A DNA stretch of 11,380 bases from Candidatus Thorarchaeota archaeon (lineage in GTDB: Archaea; Asgardarchaeota; Thorarchaeia; Thorarchaeales; Thorarchaeaceae): positions 1 through 11,380 of the forward strand of contig JAEORO010000101.1 of assembly GCA_016840855.1 (NCBI GenBank), in the 5' to 3' direction. The translations under genes and the position numbers were made by a program. The notes under the pieces were generated by a model. It worked only from the letters and a program-made list of their open reading frames with translations, ran no database searches and was not told the origin of the DNA. The stretch's first letter is position 1. The number at the start of each line of letters is the position of its first letter. Shown piece after piece: positions 1 to 6,892 of this stretch.

Positions 1-51
1 TCAAGCAACCACTAGGTCATCCTGGAGGTTTGTTTGAGGAGATAGAGATGA

Positions 52-125
52 CAATGACGAGTGCCTGAAACGTCGGAAAGGTGTGTCCTATCGACGTCGG
101 CTTACTTATCATTGCACGACACACT
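52..125. other. Candidate structured RNA element (long hairpin or alternative H-type pseudoknot)
   Basis: Manual pairing: 52-62/104-114 (one mismatch, one G-U), 63-65/99-101, 70-76/91-97, 79-81/87-89. Loop segment GTGTGTC (81-87) is perfectly complementary to GACACAC (118-124). Confidence 0.4.
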
Positions 126-219
126 CACATTCTATAGTGCAACAATTATACATAGTTCTAACTTTAGAACGGCCTTTTTGGTAGATTTTCAAATTTAGTT
201 TGGCGCTTAATCTGCTGAT

Positions 220-246
220 TTGATACATGTAATACAATAAATACAT
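220..246. repeat. 9-bp-period triple array with GTAATACA core (site 1)
   Basis: TTGATACAT GTAATACAA TAAATACAT. The 13-mer CATGTAATACAAT (226-238) is identical to 4391-4403. Confidence 0.7.
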
Positions 247-324
247 TCATTGATATCCCAAGAAACCTTAATCATAATTCTAGAATCACAAGAAATTGTA
301 TACTAAAAATAGTAGTGATGACAC

Positions 325-1569
325 TTGACTGAAGAAAGTAGTCGTGATAGAATCTTCAAAGCAGTCAAAGAACGTATCAAGGAAATGGATGAAAAAGAAC
401 GTATACAGTTGATAACCAACGCAATCGGAGATCGTCGTACAAAAGATCTTGTCGATATAATAGCTAGAATTGAAAGTGAAGATGGTTGGTCCACAACATT
501 AGAATATCTACGAAAATCAAAACATCAAAAGTATTTTTCACCTCTAACAATTGGCCAAGGCAAAAGAAATCTAGAAGAGTTAAAGTATAGAGAAATGATC
601 TTTGAACTACTATCTTGTAAAGGACTAGAACCAGTTACAGCAGAAACAACTGATTTGTTAAAACTACTAGATGATGAAGCTTCACTCATAGACGCTTCAC
701 GAAACTTACAATCCGAAATTGAACAATTAGTGATTGAACAAATAGAAACAGGGGATACATTATTTTTCGATTTTCCTGAATACACTTCAGTTTCAAAAAA
801 AATCACAACGCTATTAGATCAGGTGAGAAATGACAATCTTTCTAGCATATCCCTGAAGCAAGCTAAAGATTCAATCAATGTAGAACCTTTATGGTATAGT
901 GAATATGGTCGGCTAGCTATGATGGCACTGGGAATCAAGGGTCTTGTTGTAAATTCAGATACCCTTGATCACATATTATCAATAATGCAAATTCCAAACT
1001 CTATCAAATCAAACATCACTGCTCTTTCTAAACAAACAAGCAAGGAGTCATGGACTCGTCCAACAAACCCAGTTTACAGAAAGCTACATGCTAGTTTCAT
1101 TCATCATGATATAGATGAACTAAGCCTACTAGCAAGTAGACACTCTATATTATTACTCAATACTCTTCTTGATGAAGCAATTTCTGCATATGATAAGTCA
1201 CCATCAACAGATGGTTATAGAAAGATACTCAATTGTATTAATGCACATATTTCAGTCCGCGAGATTGAATCAGTTATTACTCTTGAGAAATCATCTGAGA
1301 TGAAGAATAAACGGATTGCAACTATGGCGATCCTAGCTCTAGGAACTTTCTACCATGAATCATCTACTACTGTTCTAGTGAAGCTACTTTGCACAAACAA
1401 AAACAAAGCTACAGACGATACTTTAGTAAAGGCAATCGAGAATATTTACAAGAAATGTCCAGAGGCTGAATATGTTATTCTTAACATGTTAGATAGCGAC
1501 TGTAAGAATCATGGAAAGCTATTGAGAACATATAGACGTCTCGCCAAGGAAAAACCATCGTATTATTAG
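325..1569 (+). CDS. Hypothetical alpha-helical protein with probable C-terminal HEAT-like repeats
   Basis: 414-aa ORF with TTG start. C-terminal IATMAILALGTFYHESSTTVLVKLL...LVKAIENIY resembles HEAT/PBS-lyase repeats. No catalytic motif recognised. Confidence 0.7.
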   Translation: MTEESSRDRIFKAVKERIKEMDEKERIQLITNAIGDRRTKDLVDIIARIESEDGWSTTLEYLRKSKHQKYFSPLTIGQGKRNLEELKYREMIFELLSCKGLEPVTAETTDLLKLLDDEASLIDASRNLQSEIEQLVIEQIETGDTLFFDFPEYTSVSKKITTLLDQVRNDNLSSISLKQAKDSINVEPLWYSEYGRLAMMALGIKGLVVNSDTLDHILSIMQIPNSIKSNITALSKQTSKESWTRPTNPVYRKLHASFIHHDIDELSLLASRHSILLLNTLLDEAISAYDKSPSTDGYRKILNCINAHISVREIESVITLEKSSEMKNKRIATMAILALGTFYHESSTTVLVKLLCTNKNKATDDTLVKAIENIYKKCPEAEYVILNMLDSDCKNHGKLLRTYRRLAKEKPSYY

Positions 1570-1586
1570 TAATACATGAAATACTA
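1560..1586. repeat. 9-bp-period triple array with GTAATACA core (site 2)
   Basis: GTATTATTA GTAATACAT GAAATACTA, overlapping the stop codon of the 325-1569 CDS. Confidence 0.7.
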
Positions 1587-1631
1587 CACCTGACGACAAA
1601 CATAAATCGAACTCACTTGTGGCGTGCAACT

Positions 1632-3017
1632 ATGAAAGGTTCTGAAGCTGATTTAGTCAAGAGCATGGATCCATTCTTCAATCCAAAAAAAGTGGCCCTT
1701 GTTGGTGCATCTACAGATTACAGAAAACTTGGAAATTCAATACTTATGAATTTACTAGCATCTGAGATTGAAGTGTTTCCAATAACGCGCAGTAGAGAAC
1801 GTGTGTTAGGTGTCCAAGCATACCAGAGTCTCAGTGACATACCAGAACCTGTAGATTTAGTAATAATAGCAGTTGCAGCAAAATATTGTTCCTCATTAAT
1901 GCCTGAGATTCGAAAAGCTGGTGCAAGAAATGCAGTTGTAATATCAGGTGGTTTCAGTGAAGCAGGTCCCGAAGGTGCTGAACTAGAAAAAGATCTCGTG
2001 AGTTCTGCTCAGAGTTCTGGAGTTCGAATAATTGGTCCAAACTGCGTCGGAGTTTCTAATAGTCGTTTGTTCAACGGTACATTCACGATGATGCCAGAAA
2101 GAGGTAACATTGCGTTTGTATCACAGAGTGGAGCACTAGGAGGGATGATTATTTACAACACTAGAGCAAAGAGAATAGGAATGAGTAAATTTGCCAGTAT
2201 TGGTAATTCTGCGGATGTAGGTTTCGTTGATATACTCAACTATTTCAAAGAAGACTCTAAGTCATCAGTTATTGCTGCTTACATTGAAGGTGTTGATGAA
2301 GGCCGAGCGTTATTTGAGTCCTTATACGATGCGGCAAAAATAAAACCTGTTGTCATACTAAAAGGTGGACGAAGTGAAGCAGGCAGTCGTGCAACACACT
2401 CTCATACAGGATCATTAGCTGGTTCTACAAAAGTATTTGATGGCATGGTACGGCAGGCTGGATGCGTTACTGCCCCGACCTTAGATACGTTATTTGAAAT
2501 TTGTAAACTCTTTGATTATCAACCTCTACCTAAAGGAAATCGTATTGGTATTATTAGTAATACAGGAGGTGCAGGAGTTCTTGCGACTGACTCTGCAGCT
2601 GAGTATAATCTAGAAATTGCGAATTTAGATACCAATACAAAAGAAGAGCTTAGACAAGTTCTTCCTCCTATGGCTTCAACTGACAATCCAATTGATGTTG
2701 TAGCTAGTGGTGGTAGAAGAGAATACAAAATAGCTACCGAACTTCTATTGAATGATCATAATGTCGACATACTATTAATCATCTGTGCAGTTCCAACCTT
2801 TGCTGGTATGACACAAACAGAACATGCAGCTGGAACATTAGAAGGTGTACGTTCAGCGGCTGTAGATAAACCTGTCATTGGAGTATGGCTGGCTGGAGAT
2901 GTTGGCAAGCCAGGTAAAGATCTCTTGGAAATGAATAAAATTCCATGTTATGATGATCCTGCTTTAGCAATGCTCTGCACTGCAAGAATAGCAGAGTATG
3001 CAGAGATGCATCGATGA
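1632..3017 (+). CDS. acdA: ADP-forming acetate/acyl-CoA ligase alpha subunit (CoA-binding and ligase domains)
   Basis: Motifs FFNPKKVALVGAS, RIIGPNCVG, FVSQSGALG, LKGGRS, SHTGSLAG (phospho-His), ISNTGGAGVL and NPIDV. No ATP-grasp or GNAT domain is fused. ATG 1632 chosen because a TATA-like ATAAAT lies at ~1602-1607; the ORF track starts at TTG 1617. Confidence 0.9.
   Translation: MKGSEADLVKSMDPFFNPKKVALVGASTDYRKLGNSILMNLLASEIEVFPITRSRERVLGVQAYQSLSDIPEPVDLVIIAVAAKYCSSLMPEIRKAGARNAVVISGGFSEAGPEGAELEKDLVSSAQSSGVRIIGPNCVGVSNSRLFNGTFTMMPERGNIAFVSQSGALGGMIIYNTRAKRIGMSKFASIGNSADVGFVDILNYFKEDSKSSVIAAYIEGVDEGRALFESLYDAAKIKPVVILKGGRSEAGSRATHSHTGSLAGSTKVFDGMVRQAGCVTAPTLDTLFEICKLFDYQPLPKGNRIGIISNTGGAGVLATDSAAEYNLEIANLDTNTKEELRQVLPPMASTDNPIDVVASGGRREYKIATELLLNDHNVDILLIICAVPTFAGMTQTEHAAGTLEGVRSAAVDKPVIGVWLAGDVGKPGKDLLEMNKIPCYDDPALAMLCTARIAEYAEMHR
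2548..2564. repeat. Intragenic copy of the GTAATACA array (site 3)
   Basis: GTATTATTAGTAATACA, an exact 17-nt match to 1560-1576, inside the acdA codons for G-I-I-S-N-T. Confidence 0.6.
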
Positions 3018-3044
3018 ATTCTATTCCCTCCATGCTGAAGATTC

Positions 3045-3071
3045 CTAATACCAGTATTACAACTGATAAGG
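3045..3071. repeat. 9-bp-period array with GTATTACA core (site 4), convergent spacer
   Basis: CTAATACCA GTATTACAA CTGATAAGG, between the 3' ends of acdA and the RHH gene. Confidence 0.65.
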
Positions 3072-3074
3072 TAT

Positions 3075-3377
3075 CTAGGATTCAAGGTACTCCTCAGCTA
3101 TTTGCGGAAATTCTTGTTCAACAGCCTCTCGAAGTTGTTTTTCTACCCACATACTAAGGTTGATTGCTTTCGATTTCCTAATCGCTTTCAAACAAGCCCT
3201 AAGATCAGTTGGAATAGAGAAAGAAACGATTGGGCTTTTACGTTCTTTATTTGGCACGGATGATATGAAATCACTCTGTCCTTCTATTGATCTAACTTCT
3301 CTAGCTGTTGTACTTACTGATTTTTCCTCTCCATCTTCTTTTTCTGCTTCTTTCCTATACTTTCCAAGTAGACTCAT
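3075..3377 (-). CDS. Ribbon-helix-helix (CopG/ParG-like) DNA-binding protein with charged, likely disordered N-terminal tail
   Basis: ATG 3377 is preceded by GGAGGT (3391-3386) and lies 1 nt after the ATPase stop, giving 100 aa. PIVSFSIPTDLRACLKAIRKSKAINLSMWVEKQLREAV fits the RHH beta-helix-helix pattern. Confidence 0.75.
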   Translation of the reverse strand: MSLLGKYRKEAEKEDGEEKSVSTTAREVRSIEGQSDFISSVPNKERKSPIVSFSIPTDLRACLKAIRKSKAINLSMWVEKQLREAVEQEFPQIAEEYLES

Positions 3378-3378
3378 T

Positions 3379-4353
3379 TCATTGTACCTCCTTAAGTATA
3401 GACGCATATGCTTCGGAAACAAGCTCAGCAATTTCTCTAGTCACACTAGGGTTTCCAGTATTCCTAAGATTTTCAGCCGCCACTTGTTGACATCCACGTG
3501 CGAGCATTCGTATGTCACGTGGATTTCCCTTTGCTGCAGTATTAATTACCATCACAGCATCGTCACTGAAAGGATAGATGCTGAAATTATCTGGATTGAA
3601 ACTGTCGATATGTCCCTGTGCATAAGCAATCCGGCGACCTATGAATTCTCTTGCTTTTGCATCATTAAGTGAAGGAACATCAAGTGGTTCAGTACGATCC
3701 GCAATTTGAGGCAAGAATGAAAGCATTGCATTCCAATATATCATAGTTCCAGACATAACCAGAGTAAATATAGGCTCATCAAGAGCTCCTGCATATGCAT
3801 CAATCATTTCTTCAGTAGGCAAGTCTGCAAGGAATCTCAGCTTATGAAAAGCTGCTTCCTGATTATCAGCAACGTCTTCAATGAACAATGCAGTACGACT
3901 TTTTTCCTCAAGATATCTTCGAAGACTCTCTTTTGCTACTGCATCAATAATCTGACTTGACTCCCATGATCTTCGATATTTTATCCTAAGAGAATCAGCT
4001 ATGGCCGAAGCCATTTGCTTCTCATAGAGACCAGTCATACCAACATAACCAGTGATGAATTTGTTACCCTTACGATCTGCTAGTGTAGGCAGGTCTCTTA
4101 ATGCCAGAAGCATCAATGTGCTCTTGCCCGACCCTACTGGTCCCCGGATGAAGACATGACGCTCATTCGTAATAATCAAATCAACGATTGAATCTAAAAA
4201 GTCACTATCTTCTATATACAGACGACTGTCTGGCATCTTGAAGCCACGAAAAGGTGAGAATCTGGCACCGATTTTTTCTTCCCACGCCCGAAGAACTTCT
4301 TTGCGGGTGTTGAAATGACGAATCAATGCACTCTCATGAATTGCTATTGTCAT
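3379..4353 (-). CDS. ExeA/AAA_22-like P-loop AAA+ ATPase
   Basis: Walker A GPVGSGKS; Walker B-like ALFIEDV; sensor-1 strand LVMSGT; putative Arg finger IADR; ExeA-type lid LNDAKAREFIGRRI...FSDDAVMVINTAAKGNPRDI. ATG 4353 has GGAGGT 7 nt upstream; the ORF track starts at TTG 4368. Confidence 0.85.
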   Translation of the reverse strand: MTIAIHESALIRHFNTRKEVLRAWEEKIGARFSPFRGFKMPDSRLYIEDSDFLDSIVDLIITNERHVFIRGPVGSGKSTLMLLALRDLPTLADRKGNKFITGYVGMTGLYEKQMASAIADSLRIKYRRSWESSQIIDAVAKESLRRYLEEKSRTALFIEDVADNQEAAFHKLRFLADLPTEEMIDAYAGALDEPIFTLVMSGTMIYWNAMLSFLPQIADRTEPLDVPSLNDAKAREFIGRRIAYAQGHIDSFNPDNFSIYPFSDDAVMVINTAAKGNPRDIRMLARGCQQVAAENLRNTGNPSVTREIAELVSEAYASILKEVQ

Positions 4354-4375
4354 GATGTGGACCTCCAAAGATGTC

Positions 4376-4402
4376 GTATCACAAGTACTTCATGTAATAC
4401 AA
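4376..4402. repeat. 9-bp-period triple array (site 5), putative operator of the ATPase-RHH operon
   Basis: GTATCACAA GTACTTCAT GTAATACAA, lying between the operon's TATA box and its ribosome-binding site. Confidence 0.7.
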
Positions 4403-4422
4403 TTTTTAGTCAATAGTTTCAG

Positions 4423-4430
4423 ATATAAAA
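4423..4430 (-). promoter_or_regulatory. Putative TATA box of the ATPase-RHH operon
   Basis: TTTTATAT on the minus strand, which predicts a transcription start near 4400. Confidence 0.5.
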
Positions 4431-4535
4431 TGTATGGTAAATATTGTCATTCAGACACAAGCTTTTTGAAGAGAATGAATCGGCTGAAAGTTCAATTCAA
4501 GAATTAGTCAGGTAATGTAATAGGAGTGACTCGAA

Positions 4536-4814
4536 ATGGATGTTGATCGAATTATACATATCATGAATTCACTAATGATTTTCTCTTTTCTCATCTTTGG
4601 TGCCTTATCAGGGATTATTCTGATAGCAGATATTCCTCTGAACAATTCTTCGGTTTCTCTGCCTTTTGCATTCCTGTACATATGCATTGTCACATTTGTA
4701 ATTACTGCTCAGATTAACGAGCGTCCAAAGTTAGTACAAAAATATCTTCGTGATTGGCTAATTATTTGTTTCATTGGAATAATTATTAGTGCATTAGCAT
4801 TCACAATCTACTGA
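4536..4814 (+). CDS. Small hypothetical membrane protein (about 3 TM helices)
   Basis: 92 aa with three hydrophobic stretches; GGAGTGA ribosome-binding site upstream of the ATG. Confidence 0.75.
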   Translation: MDVDRIIHIMNSLMIFSFLIFGALSGIILIADIPLNNSSVSLPFAFLYICIVTFVITAQINERPKLVQKYLRDWLIICFIGIIISALAFTIY

Positions 4815-4884
4815 TACAAAACACAAGAGTTTAGAACCACTATGATATTTTTCACGTTGCTCCACATTCTATGAAGTGACAATC

Positions 4885-5520
4885 ATGAGTAAGATTCTAC
4901 CTGGCACAAAAACTACCCGCATGGAATTACTTGCTCTAAAAAACAGAATGAGATTGGCTGAAAGAGGGCATGATCTTCTACGAGAGAAACGTGATTCTCT
5001 CATAATGGAGTTCTTCAATGCTATAGCAGAAATTAAAGAAGCCAGAGAGAAGGTTGATGCTGCTCTCTCAAAAGCTTACTCAGCACTTACTCAGGCAAAA
5101 ATGGTGATGGGTCCTGCAAGAGTCATAGAGTTTGCATATGCTAGCGAGTTTAAAGCTAATCTCACTATCTCAACAAGATCAATGATGGGAGTTAGAGTTC
5201 CAGTATTATCAGTAGAACAACATGCTCCTGATCTTCCTTATTCTCTCTCTGATTCAAGTGCAAAATTTGATGTCATGAGTGAGAAATTCAAAGAAGCTCT
5301 GAATGCTATTGTTCGTCTAGCTGAAATCGAATCAACCGTAAAACGTCTGGCACTTGAAATTGAACGTACAAAACGACGAGTTTCTGCACTTGAAACTGTA
5401 GTGATACCACGTCTCGATGCGACAGCACGTTTTGTAAAACTTGCGCTTGAAGAACGAGAACGTGAAGATTTTGTAAGATTGAAGATGGTTCGTGACTGGA
5501 TTACTCAAGAAGAAGGATAA
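4885..5520 (+). CDS. atpD: A/V-type ATP synthase subunit D
   Basis: TRMELLALKNRMRLAERGHDLLREKRDSL, MGVRVP, EIERTKRRVSALETVVIPRL and LEEREREDFVRLK are characteristic of subunit D. Alternative GTG start at 4876. Confidence 0.96.
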   Translation: MSKILPGTKTTRMELLALKNRMRLAERGHDLLREKRDSLIMEFFNAIAEIKEAREKVDAALSKAYSALTQAKMVMGPARVIEFAYASEFKANLTISTRSMMGVRVPVLSVEQHAPDLPYSLSDSSAKFDVMSEKFKEALNAIVRLAEIESTVKRLALEIERTKRRVSALETVVIPRLDATARFVKLALEEREREDFVRLKMVRDWITQEEG

Positions 5521-5526
5521 ATATAT

Positions 5527-5545
5527 GTATTAGTTGTAATACAAT
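5527..5545. repeat. GTAATACA array (site 6), convergent spacer
   Basis: GTATTAGTT GTAATACAA T in the 31-bp gap between the atpD and nac stop codons. TGTAATACAAT is shared with sites 1 and 5. Confidence 0.65.
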
Positions 5546-5551
5546 ACTATA

Positions 5552-5944
5552 CTAATGTCGTAATTTTAAGATGGCCGCTGCTAAATCTCCTCCAGTTTCT
5601 TCTAAAGCTTGCTTTGCCACTTGAATATCAACACCTGTCTGACTTGCAACTAATGCTGCATCTTCCATCGGTATCTCAATTTTCTTCTCAACTTCAGATA
5701 CTTGAACTACTTTGTCTTTGTTCTCAACACTTGCAGCTAATCCTCTTTCATTTCTGGTGCCTGTTACTTGAAATGATTCACTACCTGCCTGTTTAATCAT
5801 AGTTAGGGACACATTCGAGATGATCCATTCCTTGTCAGCAAAACGGATTATCACTTCTTTTACACCGTCAATCTCCTTTTGTTCAATACCCATCTTTTTC
5901 ATCATACGTGCCATTTGCTTAGGTGATAGACCTCTGAATCCCAT
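5552..5944 (-). CDS. nac: Archaeal nascent polypeptide-associated complex protein
   Basis: SPKQMARMMKKMGI..EIDGVKEVII NAC domain; C-terminal UBA-like EDAALVASQTGV...ALEETGGDLAAAILKL. Alternative TTG start at 5953. Confidence 0.95.
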   Translation of the reverse strand: MGFRGLSPKQMARMMKKMGIEQKEIDGVKEVIIRFADKEWIISNVSLTMIKQAGSESFQVTGTRNERGLAASVENKDKVVQVSEVEKKIEIPMEDAALVASQTGVDIQVAKQALEETGGDLAAAILKLRH

Positions 5945-6035
5945 TAGAATCAATCTCCAACTCTTAATTAAAGAGCACAGGGAATGCTTTGTACCTCTGT
6001 TCTATAACTTTCCGTTCTATTAGATGATAAAACGA

Positions 6036-6866
6036 TTACGCTTCGGTCATCGTAGTAATGTCAAATACATAATGCTCTATCCCAGGAGAATAATTCTTGA
6101 CACGTCGAGTATGAATAGTAGAAAAATACCCGTGATTTTTACATGTATGCTCGATTTTCATCATGACACTTTTCAATTTAGATTCTGGGCTATTCATATG
6201 CATATAGATAGTTCCTCCATTCTTGACTAAGGTTTCAAGAGCAAATGGAAGATATTCTATAGTATCATGTAAGTATCCCATAATTACTCTATTAGCTGTA
6301 CTTTTAGGATATACTTCACGACAATCTCCTAGTCGAGCAGTCACTCTTTTTTCTAGTCCATTCAATCTGATATTTTCAAGCAAGAACTGGAATGCATCTT
6401 CATTAATCTCAATCGCAGTCACATCAACGTCTACAGATTTTGCAATATGAAGAGCGAATTGTCCTACACATGAGAACATGTCTACAATCTTTTCTCCATC
6501 CTTGACAACTTTTCTCAAACGCATACGTTCTCTTTTATTGCCTCCAGAGAATGTCAGACGAAGTGGATCAAGTCTGAATTTTACACCGCCCTCAATATGT
6601 GTAGTAACCGTGTTATTGCTACCAGCAACTAATACGTATGATGGCAATCTTGTCACATTCTTTGTAGGTCCAGTTCTTACAGCCACTGATAGTATTCTCT
6701 TATCATATTCAAGGGTCTTTTCTCCAATAAGTGAAGCATATTTCATTGAGTTAGAATCCAAATTTACTAGGGCAACATGTCCTACGAGATGATACCCCGA
6801 GGGTAACATCAAATCATTTGGCACTATTGTATCTAGTTCTCTTCTGAGGAAATTTCTATATCTCAT
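6036..6866 (-). CDS. taw2: Met-10+/Trm5-superfamily SAM-dependent tRNA enzyme, most like Taw2/TYW2 (wyosine aminocarboxypropyltransferase)
   Basis: FSGGNKRERMR, VDMFSCVGQF, IEINEDAF and LGDCRE. RVIMGY is TYW2-type rather than Trm5-type IMNLP. Alternative TTG start at 6878. Confidence 0.75.
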   Translation of the reverse strand: MRYRNFLRRELDTIVPNDLMLPSGYHLVGHVALVNLDSNSMKYASLIGEKTLEYDKRILSVAVRTGPTKNVTRLPSYVLVAGSNNTVTTHIEGGVKFRLDPLRLTFSGGNKRERMRLRKVVKDGEKIVDMFSCVGQFALHIAKSVDVDVTAIEINEDAFQFLLENIRLNGLEKRVTARLGDCREVYPKSTANRVIMGYLHDTIEYLPFALETLVKNGGTIYMHMNSPESKLKSVMMKIEHTCKNHGYFSTIHTRRVKNYSPGIEHYVFDITTMTEA

Positions 6867-6892
6867 TTTTGTAACCAAATTGCTAGACTTTT

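Noticed and set aside
3-68. Possible 3' end of a CDS entering from the left (KQPLGHPGGLFEEIEMTMTSA*)
   Set aside because: Only 21 codons are visible with no recognisable motif, so it cannot be supported.
48-137. Selenocysteine read-through or SECIS at TGA 66-68, or a hammerhead/HDV ribozyme
   Set aside because: The GAA/A loop only loosely resembles an archaeal SECIS and the eukaryote-type GA quartet is missing. The read-through peptide matches no selenoprotein I recognise, and ribozyme core residues and topology are absent.
3379-4353. ParA/SegA/MinD or Cdc6/Orc1 assignment for the ATPase
   Set aside because: There is no deviant Walker A (KGGxGK) and no room for a C-terminal winged-helix domain. 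The lid motifs are ExeA-like.
229-4401. Equal 1340-bp spacing between motif sites 229/1569 and 3054/4394
   Set aside because: The other spacings (988, 497, 1142) differ and the distances follow gene lengths; probably coincidence.
220-5545. CRISPR array or mobile-element ends as an explanation for the repeats
   Set aside because: The repeats are too short and kilobases apart, and no cas, integrase or transposase gene is in the window.
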